Below, piece by piece: positions 26,251 to 33,666 of a DNA stretch of 33,666 nt (position 1 is the first letter of the stretch; each line of letters starts with the position of its first letter). This DNA is from a virus (Duplodnaviria; Caudoviricetes). The translations under genes and the position numbers were made by a program. A model generated the notes under the pieces. That model worked only from the letters and a program-made list of their open reading frames with translations. It did no database searches and was not told the origin of the DNA. The stretch covers positions 1-33,666 of the IMG/VR virus record IMGVR_UViG_3300017747_003119; one strand, written 5' to 3'.

Positions 26251-26648
26251 GCGAGAAATTTAACCCGCCGCGAGTGTTCGAGATGACCCAAAACGGCAGC
26301 GTTTGGCGGCATGAATTCGATAACGATTCAAGTCGTATTGCGTCTCTTTGTATTTCAGGAGAGTGCATCGGACGGCGCGGCGCACTTCGTGACATTAACG
26401 AGGTGCTTCGAGACTACGCGGGCAGCGGCTGGCGCGAGATCACGCCCGCGCCTGAGCCGGTGAAGGTGGAAGAGACTCCGCTTGAGACGGCGGTTCGCAA
26501 GTTGCGCAATCAACACGACAAGTATTACTTGGACGATATCGATTGGTCGTCAAACGAAAACCGAAACGACCTGCGCGAATGGGTCAATGACTTGAAGCTT
26601 GTCGCGAGTGCCTATCTCGCCGAACACGAAAGCGACGGTGCGAAATGA
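26247..26648 (+). CDS. Hypothetical protein
   Basis: Coupled start and stop. Confidence 0.5.
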   Translation: MSEKFNPPRVFEMTQNGSVWRHEFDNDSSRIASLCISGECIGRRGALRDINEVLRDYAGSGWREITPAPEPVKVEETPLETAVRKLRNQHDKYYLDDIDWSSNENRNDLREWVNDLKLVASAYLAEHESDGAK

Positions 26649-27046
26649 GCGAGCGAGAATCGGAGACTTGGCCGAAGGCGTACCGCTGGCACCAAGACGA
26701 CGACGACGTAATCGTATTGCACGACGCAAGCGAAAAAGTGTTCTGCGGCATGGGCTTTGAGTGGTGGTATTCCAAGGTGCTGACGGAAAACGCCGATCAC
26801 TCGCAAAGCTCCGGCCGCCCGTGCTGGATTGAGATCGACCCGCCGGCGCACGCGGTCAAGCTCGTGAACGAACTCGCAACGCTCCGGCTGCAACTCGCCG
26901 AAAAGGACCGCATCATCGCCGAGTGGCGAGGAATCGCTGAGGGGATGAAGGCTGAGTTGAAACGCGAGCGCGAGCGAAGCGAGGCGCGGCGGGTGCATGT
27001 TGCGGCGTTGGCGGCGAAACTCAAGGCGGCGGGGGTGAGTGCATGA
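26645..27046 (+). CDS. Hypothetical protein with C-terminal coiled coil
   Basis: Coupled start and stop. Confidence 0.5.
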   Translation: MSERESETWPKAYRWHQDDDDVIVLHDASEKVFCGMGFEWWYSKVLTENADHSQSSGRPCWIEIDPPAHAVKLVNELATLRLQLAEKDRIIAEWRGIAEGMKAELKRERERSEARRVHVAALAAKLKAAGVSA

Positions 27047-27423
27047 GCTTTAGAACACGATTCAAAGGACCGAGAGACAACACGAAATACGGCAAGCGCC
27101 ACAAGCCTGGCGAGATGAATAAGACCGAGAGTGAGTACGCGCAGATGCTTCAGCTTCGGAAGTTGGCCGGTGAGATCGAAGAATGGCGATTCGAGTCGAT
27201 CACATTTAAGCTGGCCGACGACACTCGCTACACGCCCGACTTCGAGATTCTGTTCCCCGACGGCTCGATGGAGTACGTCGATGCGAAGGGCGGCGGGCCG
27301 ATTGATCCGAAGTCGTTGGTGAAGATCAAGTGCGCGGCCGAGCGGTTCAGTCAGTTCAAGTTCGTCATCGAGCAGAAGCTCGCCAAGAAGCACGGCGGCG
27401 GCTGGAAAAGAACGGAGTATTAG
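27043..27423 (+). CDS. PD-(D/E)XK endonuclease (DUF1064 / T7 endonuclease I-like), candidate resolvase
   Basis: MNKTE..YA..L, F.LA...RYTPDF and D.KG motifs. Confidence 0.75.
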   Translation: MSFRTRFKGPRDNTKYGKRHKPGEMNKTESEYAQMLQLRKLAGEIEEWRFESITFKLADDTRYTPDFEILFPDGSMEYVDAKGGGPIDPKSLVKIKCAAERFSQFKFVIEQKLAKKHGGGWKRTEY

Positions 27424-27454
27424 CGCAATGTGCGCTCGATCTTCTTTAGCAATC

Positions 27455-27558
27455 TGCTACAATGAAACAGCCCGCCGAAGTGCTGGAAACACGACGGCGG
27501 GCCTAACCCTTCCACTTCCTGTTTCAGAGGAGAGTGTCATGGCTACTCTACAGCCTAT
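27455..27558 (+). promoter_or_regulatory. HNH leader cassette, copy 2
   Basis: Extended -10 TGCTACAAT, hairpin GCCCGCCG..GTG-loop-CAC..CGGCGGGC, and a hairpin covering the AGGAG RBS. Confidence 0.6.
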
Positions 27559-28102
27559 TGGCCTGCCGTTTGCGCTTCAAGACGGCATCTTGTTTAAGGT
27601 GCTGGATTTTAATGAGCGATACGCCGTTTGCAGCGATGGCGTAGTTCTGGCCCGCGTTGCGCGATCCAAGCTAAGCCGCGTCCATGCTTGGGACAAATGG
27701 AAGGTGGTGAAGCCTTGGGCACATCGCTCTGGGCATCTGTACGTCAAGATTGAAGAGAAGAGTTATCAGGTGCATCGCCTTGTATTGTCGGCGTTCGCGC
27801 GGCCGAGCGACTGCGGCGAAGAATGCCGACACCTTGACGGCGACCCCAAAAACAACCGCATCGAAAATCTGCGATGGGGAACTCGCGCGGAGAATATTGC
27901 GGACAAAGCGGTTCACGGAACCGGCAATCAGGGCGCAAGGCATCCAATGGCAAAATTGACCGATGAGCAAGCTCGAATGGCTCGCGAGTTAAAGTCGCGG
28001 CTTTCAAAGAAAGGCTGTCGGGGCGTGACGACATTTCTTGCTCGCTGGTTCGGGGTGAGTCAGGGTCAAATGTCAATGATCGTCAGGGGCTTAGCTTACT
28101 AA
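27539..28102 (+). CDS. NUMOD4/HNH_3-type homing endonuclease
   Basis: YAV.SDG.V, VHRLVLSAF, CRHLDGDP.NN...NLRWGT..EN..D and AKLT.EQ motifs. Confidence 0.88.
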   Translation: MATLQPIGLPFALQDGILFKVLDFNERYAVCSDGVVLARVARSKLSRVHAWDKWKVVKPWAHRSGHLYVKIEEKSYQVHRLVLSAFARPSDCGEECRHLDGDPKNNRIENLRWGTRAENIADKAVHGTGNQGARHPMAKLTDEQARMARELKSRLSKKGCRGVTTFLARWFGVSQGQMSMIVRGLAY

Positions 28103-28179
28103 TCAAGATCACGCACGCAACCGCCGACGCGCTGTTGATTGCCGAATACGCTCGGCTGATTTATCGAGAGAGTAATTAA
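28102..28179 (+). pseudogene. Orphan C-terminal fragment of a phage RuvC-like Holliday junction resolvase
   Basis: Reads IKITHATADALLIAEYARLIYRESN*. ADALLIAEY is typical of the terminal helix of phage RuvC-like proteins. No start codon or 5' part found. Confidence 0.55.
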
Positions 28180-28216
28180 CGCGCACGAAGCGCACCAACC
28201 CGAACGGAGTCAACCA

Positions 28217-28537
28217 ATGGACGAACCGCAGAACGAGTACGAAGGCCCGAACCCGCTGGAGCGATTCGCGGAGGCGGTCAAGATTCGCGTCGAAAAGCTG
28301 GAGATCCCGCTAGCGATTGCGATGCTGCAAGCCCCGGATTTGGAGAAATACCGCTGCTACGTCAAGCGGCATCACGACCGGGGGACGTTGCGCGAACAGC
28401 GGGAACTCTTGGCACGCATCGCGCGTGAGTTGCGCCGCCGGCCGCAGGCGAGCGACGAGCAGATTGCCTTGACGCTGGATTGTGCGCCCGAGTCGGTGCG
28501 GCGCATGCGGGCTAAGCGGAGCGACGGCGCACGCTAG
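28217..28537 (+). CDS. Hypothetical protein with C-terminal HTH
   Basis: SDEQIALTLDCAPESVRRMR. GGAG RBS. Confidence 0.6.
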   Translation: MDEPQNEYEGPNPLERFAEAVKIRVEKLEIPLAIAMLQAPDLEKYRCYVKRHHDRGTLREQRELLARIARELRRRPQASDEQIALTLDCAPESVRRMRAKRSDGAR

Positions 28538-28791
28538 CCGATCGTGATCGAGTCGCGGTCGATCCGCCACGACACGCCGAAGCCTTTCGCGATGGCTTGC
28601 ATATCGGCGATCGAGACTTCGCGCAGGCCAATTTCTTTGTTGTGCCACGACGAGGCTGATAGGCCGCAGCGATCGGCCGCTTCCGCGATCGTGAGAAGCT
28701 CGCCGCGCAGCTTGCGGAGTAGCTTGCCGAGCGGCGGGAGTTCGCGAGCGGGGCGGGATGGTGCGCCTGGGCGGCGGGGTTTTGCGTTCAT
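28534..28791 (-). CDS. XRE-family HTH transcriptional regulator
   Basis: LGKLLRKLR...LT..EAA.RCGLS..SW...E.G.RE.S...M..IAK.FGV. Confidence 0.8.
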   Translation of the reverse strand: MNAKPRRPGAPSRPARELPPLGKLLRKLRGELLTIAEAADRCGLSASSWHNKEIGLREVSIADMQAIAKGFGVSWRIDRDSITIG

Positions 28792-28964
28792 TAGCTGCAC
28801 CAGTATTTACAGGCGATCGAAAGGGCTACGTCGTATTCGTAGCCGTAAAGTTCGACGAAGTGTTTCGCGTCGGCGACGGCTTCCTTGAGATACCCCGAAC
28901 GCTTGGCCTTCGCGAGTAGCTCGTTGGTTTTCGTTTCGATCCAGTCAATTTCGACGTTCATCAT
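28791..28964 (-). CDS. Small hypothetical protein (57 aa, not in ORF track)
   Basis: MMNVEIDWIETKTNELLAKAKRSGYLKEAVADAKHFVELYGYEYDVALSIACKYWCS. TAATG-coupled to the XRE gene. Confidence 0.6.
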   Translation of the reverse strand: MMNVEIDWIETKTNELLAKAKRSGYLKEAVADAKHFVELYGYEYDVALSIACKYWCS

Positions 28965-29019
28965 TTGCTTCTTGTGTTCTCGGCCGGTTGGCGGTCCCGG
29001 CCGGGTTGTGGTGGTTGTG

Positions 29020-29205
29020 TTATTGGCCGCAGATTACGTCAAGCATGGCCTTCATACCCATTTCCTGAACGATGCACGGCTTCATCCCCGAGGCGGCGAG
29101 CGATTCCATTGCGACACGGTGAAGAAGGCTTGTGTCTTTTCCGTTTGCGGCGAGAGCAATCCGAACAGACTTGCGGGCTTGGTTCATTTGTTGGGTCGTG
29201 GTCAT
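29020..29205 (-). CDS. Small hypothetical protein
   Basis: AAGGAA RBS then MTTTQQMNQARK. First gene after the leftward promoter. Confidence 0.55.
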   Translation of the reverse strand: MTTTQQMNQARKSVRIALAANGKDTSLLHRVAMESLAASGMKPCIVQEMGMKAMLDVICGQ

Positions 29206-29243
29206 CGTTTCGTTCCTTGGTTCGTTGTTCCCTTGCGTCACTG

Positions 29244-29278
29244 AGAATAGTTATCGTCGAAACGTGGACAAATAGCAA
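29244..29278 (-). promoter_or_regulatory. Putative leftward promoter
   Basis: Minus strand TTGTCC-16 nt-TATTCT (or TTGCTA-17 nt-GATAAC) in an AT-rich patch. Confidence 0.45.
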
Positions 29279-29700
29279 GAGAAATAATCCACGAATCGGC
29301 GAAAATCTTTCCGGCTTGCCGTAAGTGCTTGCCGTTTGCGGCGTTCGGCTAACGAGAAAATCCGCAGAATCCCCGGATTGGCGTTGGTCTATAGGGTTTT
29401 TTTCGGCACGCTCCAAGCTGCGCCGTTGAGCGAGGCCGATTTCGGCCCGCTTTTCGGCTTGGAGTGCCGCCCGTGGTGCCGTGCGTTACCCCGATTCAGG
29501 TGCTGAAGCTCGAAGGACTTGCGGCGGTCTACCCTGACCGCATCGAGATCGGCGATCGGAACGTCATGGACGCGATTTGCTCCGCAATGGTCCGAGGGGC
29601 GGTGGCCGAGCATTGCGGCGGCGATCAACGTGAATGCTCGCGATACGTCTGCGGCTTGTTTCAGTTGGTCGTTTCGGCTGTGCCGTCTTAGGAGTTTGCC

Positions 29701-29967
29701 GTGGAAGATCAATTCAGCACAGCGGCATCGACCTACGGCTGGGGCACGTTCGCGGCTTTGGCGGTGCTCGTCGTCGTCGGCATCGTTGCGGCGAACTGGC
29801 AAAAGATCAAAGCCTCGATACCGCAGCCGGTGGCCGATCCGATCGCGGAAGCCTTGGAACTCGCCAAGCAGCTTGACGCCCTGCATCAAAAGCTCGGCTT
29901 GTCTGGTGCCGAACGCGAATCGGCGTTGGCTGACGTGCTTGAGCGGGCGTTTAGGGGGGTTCAATGA
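29701..29967 (+). CDS. Single-TM membrane protein
   Basis: AGGAG RBS, TM segment FAALAVLVVVGIVAA. Confidence 0.65.
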   Translation: MEDQFSTAASTYGWGTFAALAVLVVVGIVAANWQKIKASIPQPVADPIAEALELAKQLDALHQKLGLSGAERESALADVLERAFRGVQ

Positions 29968-30401
29968 CCCGCGCCCAAAAGCTCATTATCGGGTTGTGCT
30001 TGCTCGTCGGCCTCGGCGTGCTGGCTCGGCCGTTTGTGCCGAGTGTGCTGCCGGGCTTCGGGCCTGTCGCTTCGGGTGCGATTCACGGCTATCTGATCCG
30101 TGAAACGGGCGATGCGACGTTCGAGACGGAGCGGACGACCGTGGCCTTACGCAACGGCGCGATTGCCGAGTACCTCGATTCCAAAGGGCACCGGCTCGAC
30201 ATTCTCGACGATGACGCGGCGGCACCGGCAGGCGGCAAGGCTCCGCAAGTCGCGAAGGCTCTGGCCGATGCGAAGCCGATCGAGCCGCCGCTGTTGATCC
30301 TGTACGACGCGACGAGCGGGCGCGTGCTGACCAAGACGCCCGCGCCGCCGAGTATGTCGGCCGATGCCATTCTCGACCAATTCAAAAAGGCGGGTGGCTG
30401 A
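29964..30401 (+). CDS. N-terminally anchored/secreted protein, possibly thioredoxin-like fold without CxxC
   Basis: Hydrophobic N-terminus, then ILDDD and P.LILYD...G.VL...P.P pattern. Coupled to the peptidase gene. Confidence 0.55.
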   Translation: MTRAQKLIIGLCLLVGLGVLARPFVPSVLPGFGPVASGAIHGYLIRETGDATFETERTTVALRNGAIAEYLDSKGHRLDILDDDAAAPAGGKAPQVAKALADAKPIEPPLLILYDATSGRVLTKTPAPPSMSADAILDQFKKAGG

Positions 30402-31213
30402 TGGACGCGAGCACGCTAGACCCGCGATTTGTCGATGCCGACTTCCGCACGTTTCCCGAGTATGTCGCGGGCGATGTTCGGCCGGAGAACATGGCCGAAC
30501 TGTGCGCGTCGATGCCTGAATTCGAGGCCGCCGCGCCGTTGATTCCGTCGAACCAGTGGAAGGAAATCGCCGACGAGACGCAGGCCAAGAAGCTCGGTCT
30601 AGAGTTCTTGATTCGCTGGGTGCTGAACCAAGGCCGCGAAGGCTCTTGCGTCGGCAACGCGGCCACGGCGCTCGTGATGATGATCCTTGCCAAGCAGTTC
30701 GGCAAGGCGGCGACCACGGCCCTGTCGGCGATATCGGTTTATAAACGCATTGGCCGGTCGCCTTCGTCCGGTGCGATGGTTTCCGATGCGTTGGACGAGG
30801 TGAAAGCCCGTGGCATTCTGCCGCTCGACACGCCGGAGAATCGGGCCAAGTTCGGCAGCATCGTCATGCCCGCGACCGGCTTCTATACGCCGTTCCCGAG
30901 CGGCTGGGAGCAAGTCGCGGCGAACTTCAAGATCGACGAGTTCTTCGTCATCCGCAGTTACGAAGGACTGATCTCCGCACTTCTCAGCGGCAATCCGGTC
31001 GTTGTTGGTCGGCAAGGTCACTCGATTTGCTACGTCGGCGTGGTGTACGTCAACGGCAAGCAGTACGTGCTGTACGTCAACTCCTGGGGCAAGTGGGGCA
31101 TGGCCGCCGGCTTGCATGATTCAGGCTTCGGCCTCGATTCGGTATCCACGATTCGGCAGGCGTCGGGCTGGGCGTTTACGGCGCGTTCGATTGTCGTTCC
31201 AGCGGCGGCTTAA
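30401..31213 (+). CDS. Papain-like C1 family cysteine peptidase
   Basis: Oxyanion Gln and catalytic Cys in NQGREGSCVG, His in GHSICYVG, Asn in VNSWG.W. Confidence 0.85.
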   Translation: MDASTLDPRFVDADFRTFPEYVAGDVRPENMAELCASMPEFEAAAPLIPSNQWKEIADETQAKKLGLEFLIRWVLNQGREGSCVGNAATALVMMILAKQFGKAATTALSAISVYKRIGRSPSSGAMVSDALDEVKARGILPLDTPENRAKFGSIVMPATGFYTPFPSGWEQVAANFKIDEFFVIRSYEGLISALLSGNPVVVGRQGHSICYVGVVYVNGKQYVLYVNSWGKWGMAAGLHDSGFGLDSVSTIRQASGWAFTARSIVVPAAA

Positions 31214-31232
31214 CTTCGGAAAGGTGGTCGTG

Positions 31233-31475
31233 ATGGAAATTGACAGCGGCATGATTGCGACCATCGGAGGGGCGATTGCAGCGACGGGCGCATCCCTGGC
31301 AGGCGGCGTGAAAGTGCTCGCCGATAAGATCGGGGCGCGGTTCGAGAAGCTCGAATTGAAGTGGGAAGAATGTAACGAAAAACATATTGAAGACCGCGAA
31401 CTTATCGGCGGAATGCGAGCGGAGCTTCAGGGCGTCAAGGCAGTCGTCGAAAAACTCACGCACAAGACGGAATGA
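31233..31475 (+). CDS. Small protein with hydrophobic N-terminus and coiled coil (holin-like candidate)
   Basis: MIATIGGAIAATGASLAGGV followed by a heptad segment. Confidence 0.45.
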   Translation: MEIDSGMIATIGGAIAATGASLAGGVKVLADKIGARFEKLELKWEECNEKHIEDRELIGGMRAELQGVKAVVEKLTHKTE

Positions 31476-31570
31476 AGGCCATGGTTGTTTGTGAAATCGT
31501 GCTGATAGCCATTGTGACGGCGGCTTCGTTTGCGATGGCAACGAGCATCTGCAACAGGTGGAAGTTTTAA
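31472..31570 (+). CDS. Small TM peptide (32 aa, not in ORF track)
   Basis: Coupled at both ends. MKAMVVCEIVLIAIVTAASFAMATSICNRWKF. Confidence 0.45.
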   Translation: MKAMVVCEIVLIAIVTAASFAMATSICNRWKF

Positions 31571-31968
31571 TGGGCACATTCCTGGCCTTCCTCGTCGCGA
31601 TCGCAAAGCTGTTCTACGCGCAGCCGTGGTCGAAGATCGCAATCTTTGGGTTGGCCGTGTTCGTCGGCGGTTGCATCTGCGGCGTTCGCATGACGCGATC
31701 CGTTGCACGCGAGCCGCGAGCGGAGCCACGGCAACCGGAGCGAGTTTATCCGCTGCGACCGTGGAAGGCTGCGGAGGCCGAGCCTGTGATTGTGGAACCC
31801 AAGCCGGAACCGGCGTTGCCCGAAGCGGTGAACCATTTTGTTGAGCCTACCAATATGGTCGAACCGAAAGCATCGGCGACGGATTGCGTCGGGGGTAACT
31901 GCTCGACTGGCTCGCGTGCAAAGGTGCAAGTGAGGCCGCAACGGCGGCGGCTGTTTGGCTGGCGGTGA
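31570..31968 (+). CDS. Two-TM membrane protein with Pro/Glu linker and C.GG.C...RRLFGWR tail
   Basis: Two hydrophobic segments. TAATG coupling. Confidence 0.55.
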   Translation: MGTFLAFLVAIAKLFYAQPWSKIAIFGLAVFVGGCICGVRMTRSVAREPRAEPRQPERVYPLRPWKAAEAEPVIVEPKPEPALPEAVNHFVEPTNMVEPKASATDCVGGNCSTGSRAKVQVRPQRRRLFGWR

Positions 31969-32001
31969 ATCGAACTAACCGGAAAAACCGGAGAGTTGCG
32001 G

Positions 32002-32316
32002 ATGAAAGAAATCACGCTGCTGCTCGCGATTTACTCGGCGGTTGCGGCTCCGACTCCCAAGGTCGAGCCGTGGCCGAAAGTCCGCATTGAAGGTCGGATC
32101 GAATTGAATGAAGGCATTCAGCTATTCGGCGAAGGTGCGAAGCGGTTCGTCCTGAACACTCCGATTAATGATTACCACATGGCATTCGCAACCACGGCCG
32201 ATTACGAAGCGACGGAGCGATTGACCGGGCAAGTCGCGGCGATCGAGGCGCATCTTGTGCGGCATGGTGGGAATGTGTTTGTGGTGCCGTTGTCGGTTGT
32301 GGCGAAAACGAAGTAA
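32002..32316 (+). CDS. Putative secreted protein
   Basis: Signal-like MKEITLLLAIYSAVAA. GGAG RBS. Confidence 0.5.
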   Translation: MKEITLLLAIYSAVAAPTPKVEPWPKVRIEGRIELNEGIQLFGEGAKRFVLNTPINDYHMAFATTADYEATERLTGQVAAIEAHLVRHGGNVFVVPLSVVAKTK

Positions 32317-32332
32317 GCAAAAGGAACACGTG

Positions 32333-32671
32333 ATGGCATTCGCAGAATTGACCGCTCAAGAACAAGCCCTCGCGACGCAACTCGACAACGAGCTAGTGCG
32401 GCCGACGCTTTTGACCGCTCGCAAGTCGATCGCCCTGATGCGGCAAGTCGTCTTGCAATACGACGCGGCGACGAAGGCCGTCATTGATCAACTCGGCGAC
32501 GACGATGTTGTGCCGTATGTCGGCACGCTGGCCGGAGCAGTGCCGGTGACCGCCGGGCAAACTCGTGCGATGATCGGAGCTTTCCGCACACTGCTTTCGT
32601 TGTGGGATACGGAAGAAGTCCGCTTGCTTCACACGGCGTTCGTCGGCGGCGTCAATATCGAGGGGCGTTAA
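32333..32671 (+). CDS. Hypothetical helical protein
   Basis: AAGGAA RBS. Directly precedes the beta-helix gene. Confidence 0.6.
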   Translation: MAFAELTAQEQALATQLDNELVRPTLLTARKSIALMRQVVLQYDAATKAVIDQLGDDDVVPYVGTLAGAVPVTAGQTRAMIGAFRTLLSLWDTEEVRLLHTAFVGGVNIEGR

Positions 32672-32674
32672 GCG

Positions 32675-33666
32675 ATGGCTCTGCCGGTCATTCTCGTTCA
32701 CAGTTCCGGTTCAGATACCGCCGCAAGCGGTGCGGGGCCTTCGACTGCGCTGACCGGCACGGCGGCATCCTACGCCACGGCGACCGTGACGCTGGACGGC
32801 TCGCCGGATCTTACGAACGTGGCGACGGACGGCTCGCACGTGCTTTACCTCGTCACATCGAGTAGCACGCGATTCTTTAAGATCACGGCCAAGGACAATT
32901 CCGCCAAGACTGTCACGGTCACGCCGAATCCGGCCGGAACATCGAGCGGCCTCACGTGGGCAATCGGCGGCAAGCGAGCGAGCATCAATAGCACTTCAAG
33001 CCGGTTGCTATTCGAGCAAGCCGCATCGGCCAATGGCGACGCCTTGCCCGGCTGGACTATCGAACTTTCGTCGGGCCACACGGAGACGATCACTTCACGG
33101 ATCACGTGGCGACGCTCGGGCGATACGACCAGCGGGCCGATTTTGTTGCGCGGCGAAGCGGGCGGAACGCGGCCGGTGCTCACGGCGAACTTCGACGATA
33201 TTTGCTTCAATGTCCGCAACGGATACCAGCAGATGCGGTTCATCGAGTTCGTGCATACCGGCACGGCGACGGCTGCAACCGCGATTGATATGGGAGGTAG
33301 CACCGGGCCGGGGGCGTTGTTTGACGACCTGAAGATGATCACGGGCTGGCGCAAGGGCTTCAATCAGGTTATCGGCTGCACGATCATCGGCTGCACGATC
33401 GGCAACACATCGAACGACGCGATCTCGAACACGAATAGCACCGACGGCACGCGGTTCATCAACAATTACATTTACTCCGCCGGCGCGGCTGGAATCGTGC
33501 TGAATGGTGCGGCCGGCGTGCAAGTCGTGACCGGCAACATCATCTCAGGCTGCACGACGCAAGGGATTCAAGACAACTGTTCTCGCGGCGATCAATCCGG
33601 CGGCGTCGTCATCGCCAATAACGACATCAACGCCTGCGGCGGTTCGACGATCAGCGGCTACGTTCG
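32675..33666 (+). CDS. Large virion protein with right-handed parallel beta-helix (tailspike-like); runs off window end, absent from ORF track
   Basis: Open from ATG 32675 (MALPVILVHSSGSDTAASGAG...). Ser/Thr/Gly-rich, with repeats GCTIGNTSNDAI / NNYIYSAGAAGI / GNIISGCTTQGI / NNDINACGG. Confidence 0.75.
   Translation, partial: MALPVILVHSSGSDTAASGAGPSTALTGTAASYATATVTLDGSPDLTNVATDGSHVLYLVTSSSTRFFKITAKDNSAKTVTVTPNPAGTSSGLTWAIGGKRASINSTSSRLLFEQAASANGDALPGWTIELSSGHTETITSRITWRRSGDTTSGPILLRGEAGGTRPVLTANFDDICFNVRNGYQQMRFIEFVHTGTATAATAIDMGGSTGPGALFDDLKMITGWRKGFNQVIGCTIIGCTIGNTSNDAISNTNSTDGTRFINNYIYSAGAAGIVLNGAAGVQVVTGNIISGCTTQGIQDNCSRGDQSGGVVIANNDINACGGSTISGYV

Noticed and set aside
27424-28179. Group I intron with HNH interrupting a RuvC gene
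   Set aside because: No RuvC 5' exon upstream, the preceding gene ends normally, and the ~115 nt non-coding space is too small for an intron core.
29464-29691. 75 aa ORF before the membrane/peptidase block
   Set aside because: It fits the gap but has no recognisable motif and an uncertain start, so it was not called.
1-33666. Many long overlapping or antisense ORFs in the track (e.g. 681-1535 -, 6398-7228 -, 13501-14175 -, 19729-20358 +)
   Set aside because: Arg/Pro-rich shadow frames expected at high GC, lacking motifs and RBS, and overlapping well-supported genes.
1-33666. CRISPR array, tRNA genes, diversity-generating retroelement or retron
   Set aside because: By eye I found no regularly spaced repeats, no cloverleaf, no reverse transcriptase motifs and no TR/VR pair.

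Overview
GC-rich tailed-phage (siphovirus-like) genome segment, nearly all on the + strand, probably infecting a planctomycete. The host inference rests on a small ORF at 11800-12006 resembling a planctomycete-conserved protein, plus a CsrA homolog. Gene order: end of the major capsid gene and head/neck/tail module (1-8111, with a -1 frameshift tail chaperone and a short tape measure); an HTH regulator and promoter region (8390-8860); an early operon with two ParB-superfamily genes, many small ORFs, CsrA, RecE/Bet recombination genes and Lar; two DNA methyltransferases; HNH, initiator and DnaB replication genes; a small reverse-strand XRE cluster; then a membrane-protein and papain-like C1 peptidase block (candidate lysis module) and the start of a large beta-helix structural protein. 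No integrase, terminase, portal, tRNA or CRISPR is visible. The most interesting signals are: (i) a possible phage-encoded Csr circuit, with csrA plus GGA-loop hairpins in several early leaders and a GGA-dense, CsrB-like segment; (ii) a covarying two-hairpin leader cassette repeated upstream of both HNH genes; (iii) a C5 methyltransferase whose motif IX lies in a nested alternative frame; (iv) a cysteine-peptidase module where an endolysin is expected. All family calls are from motif recognition by eye, not database searches.
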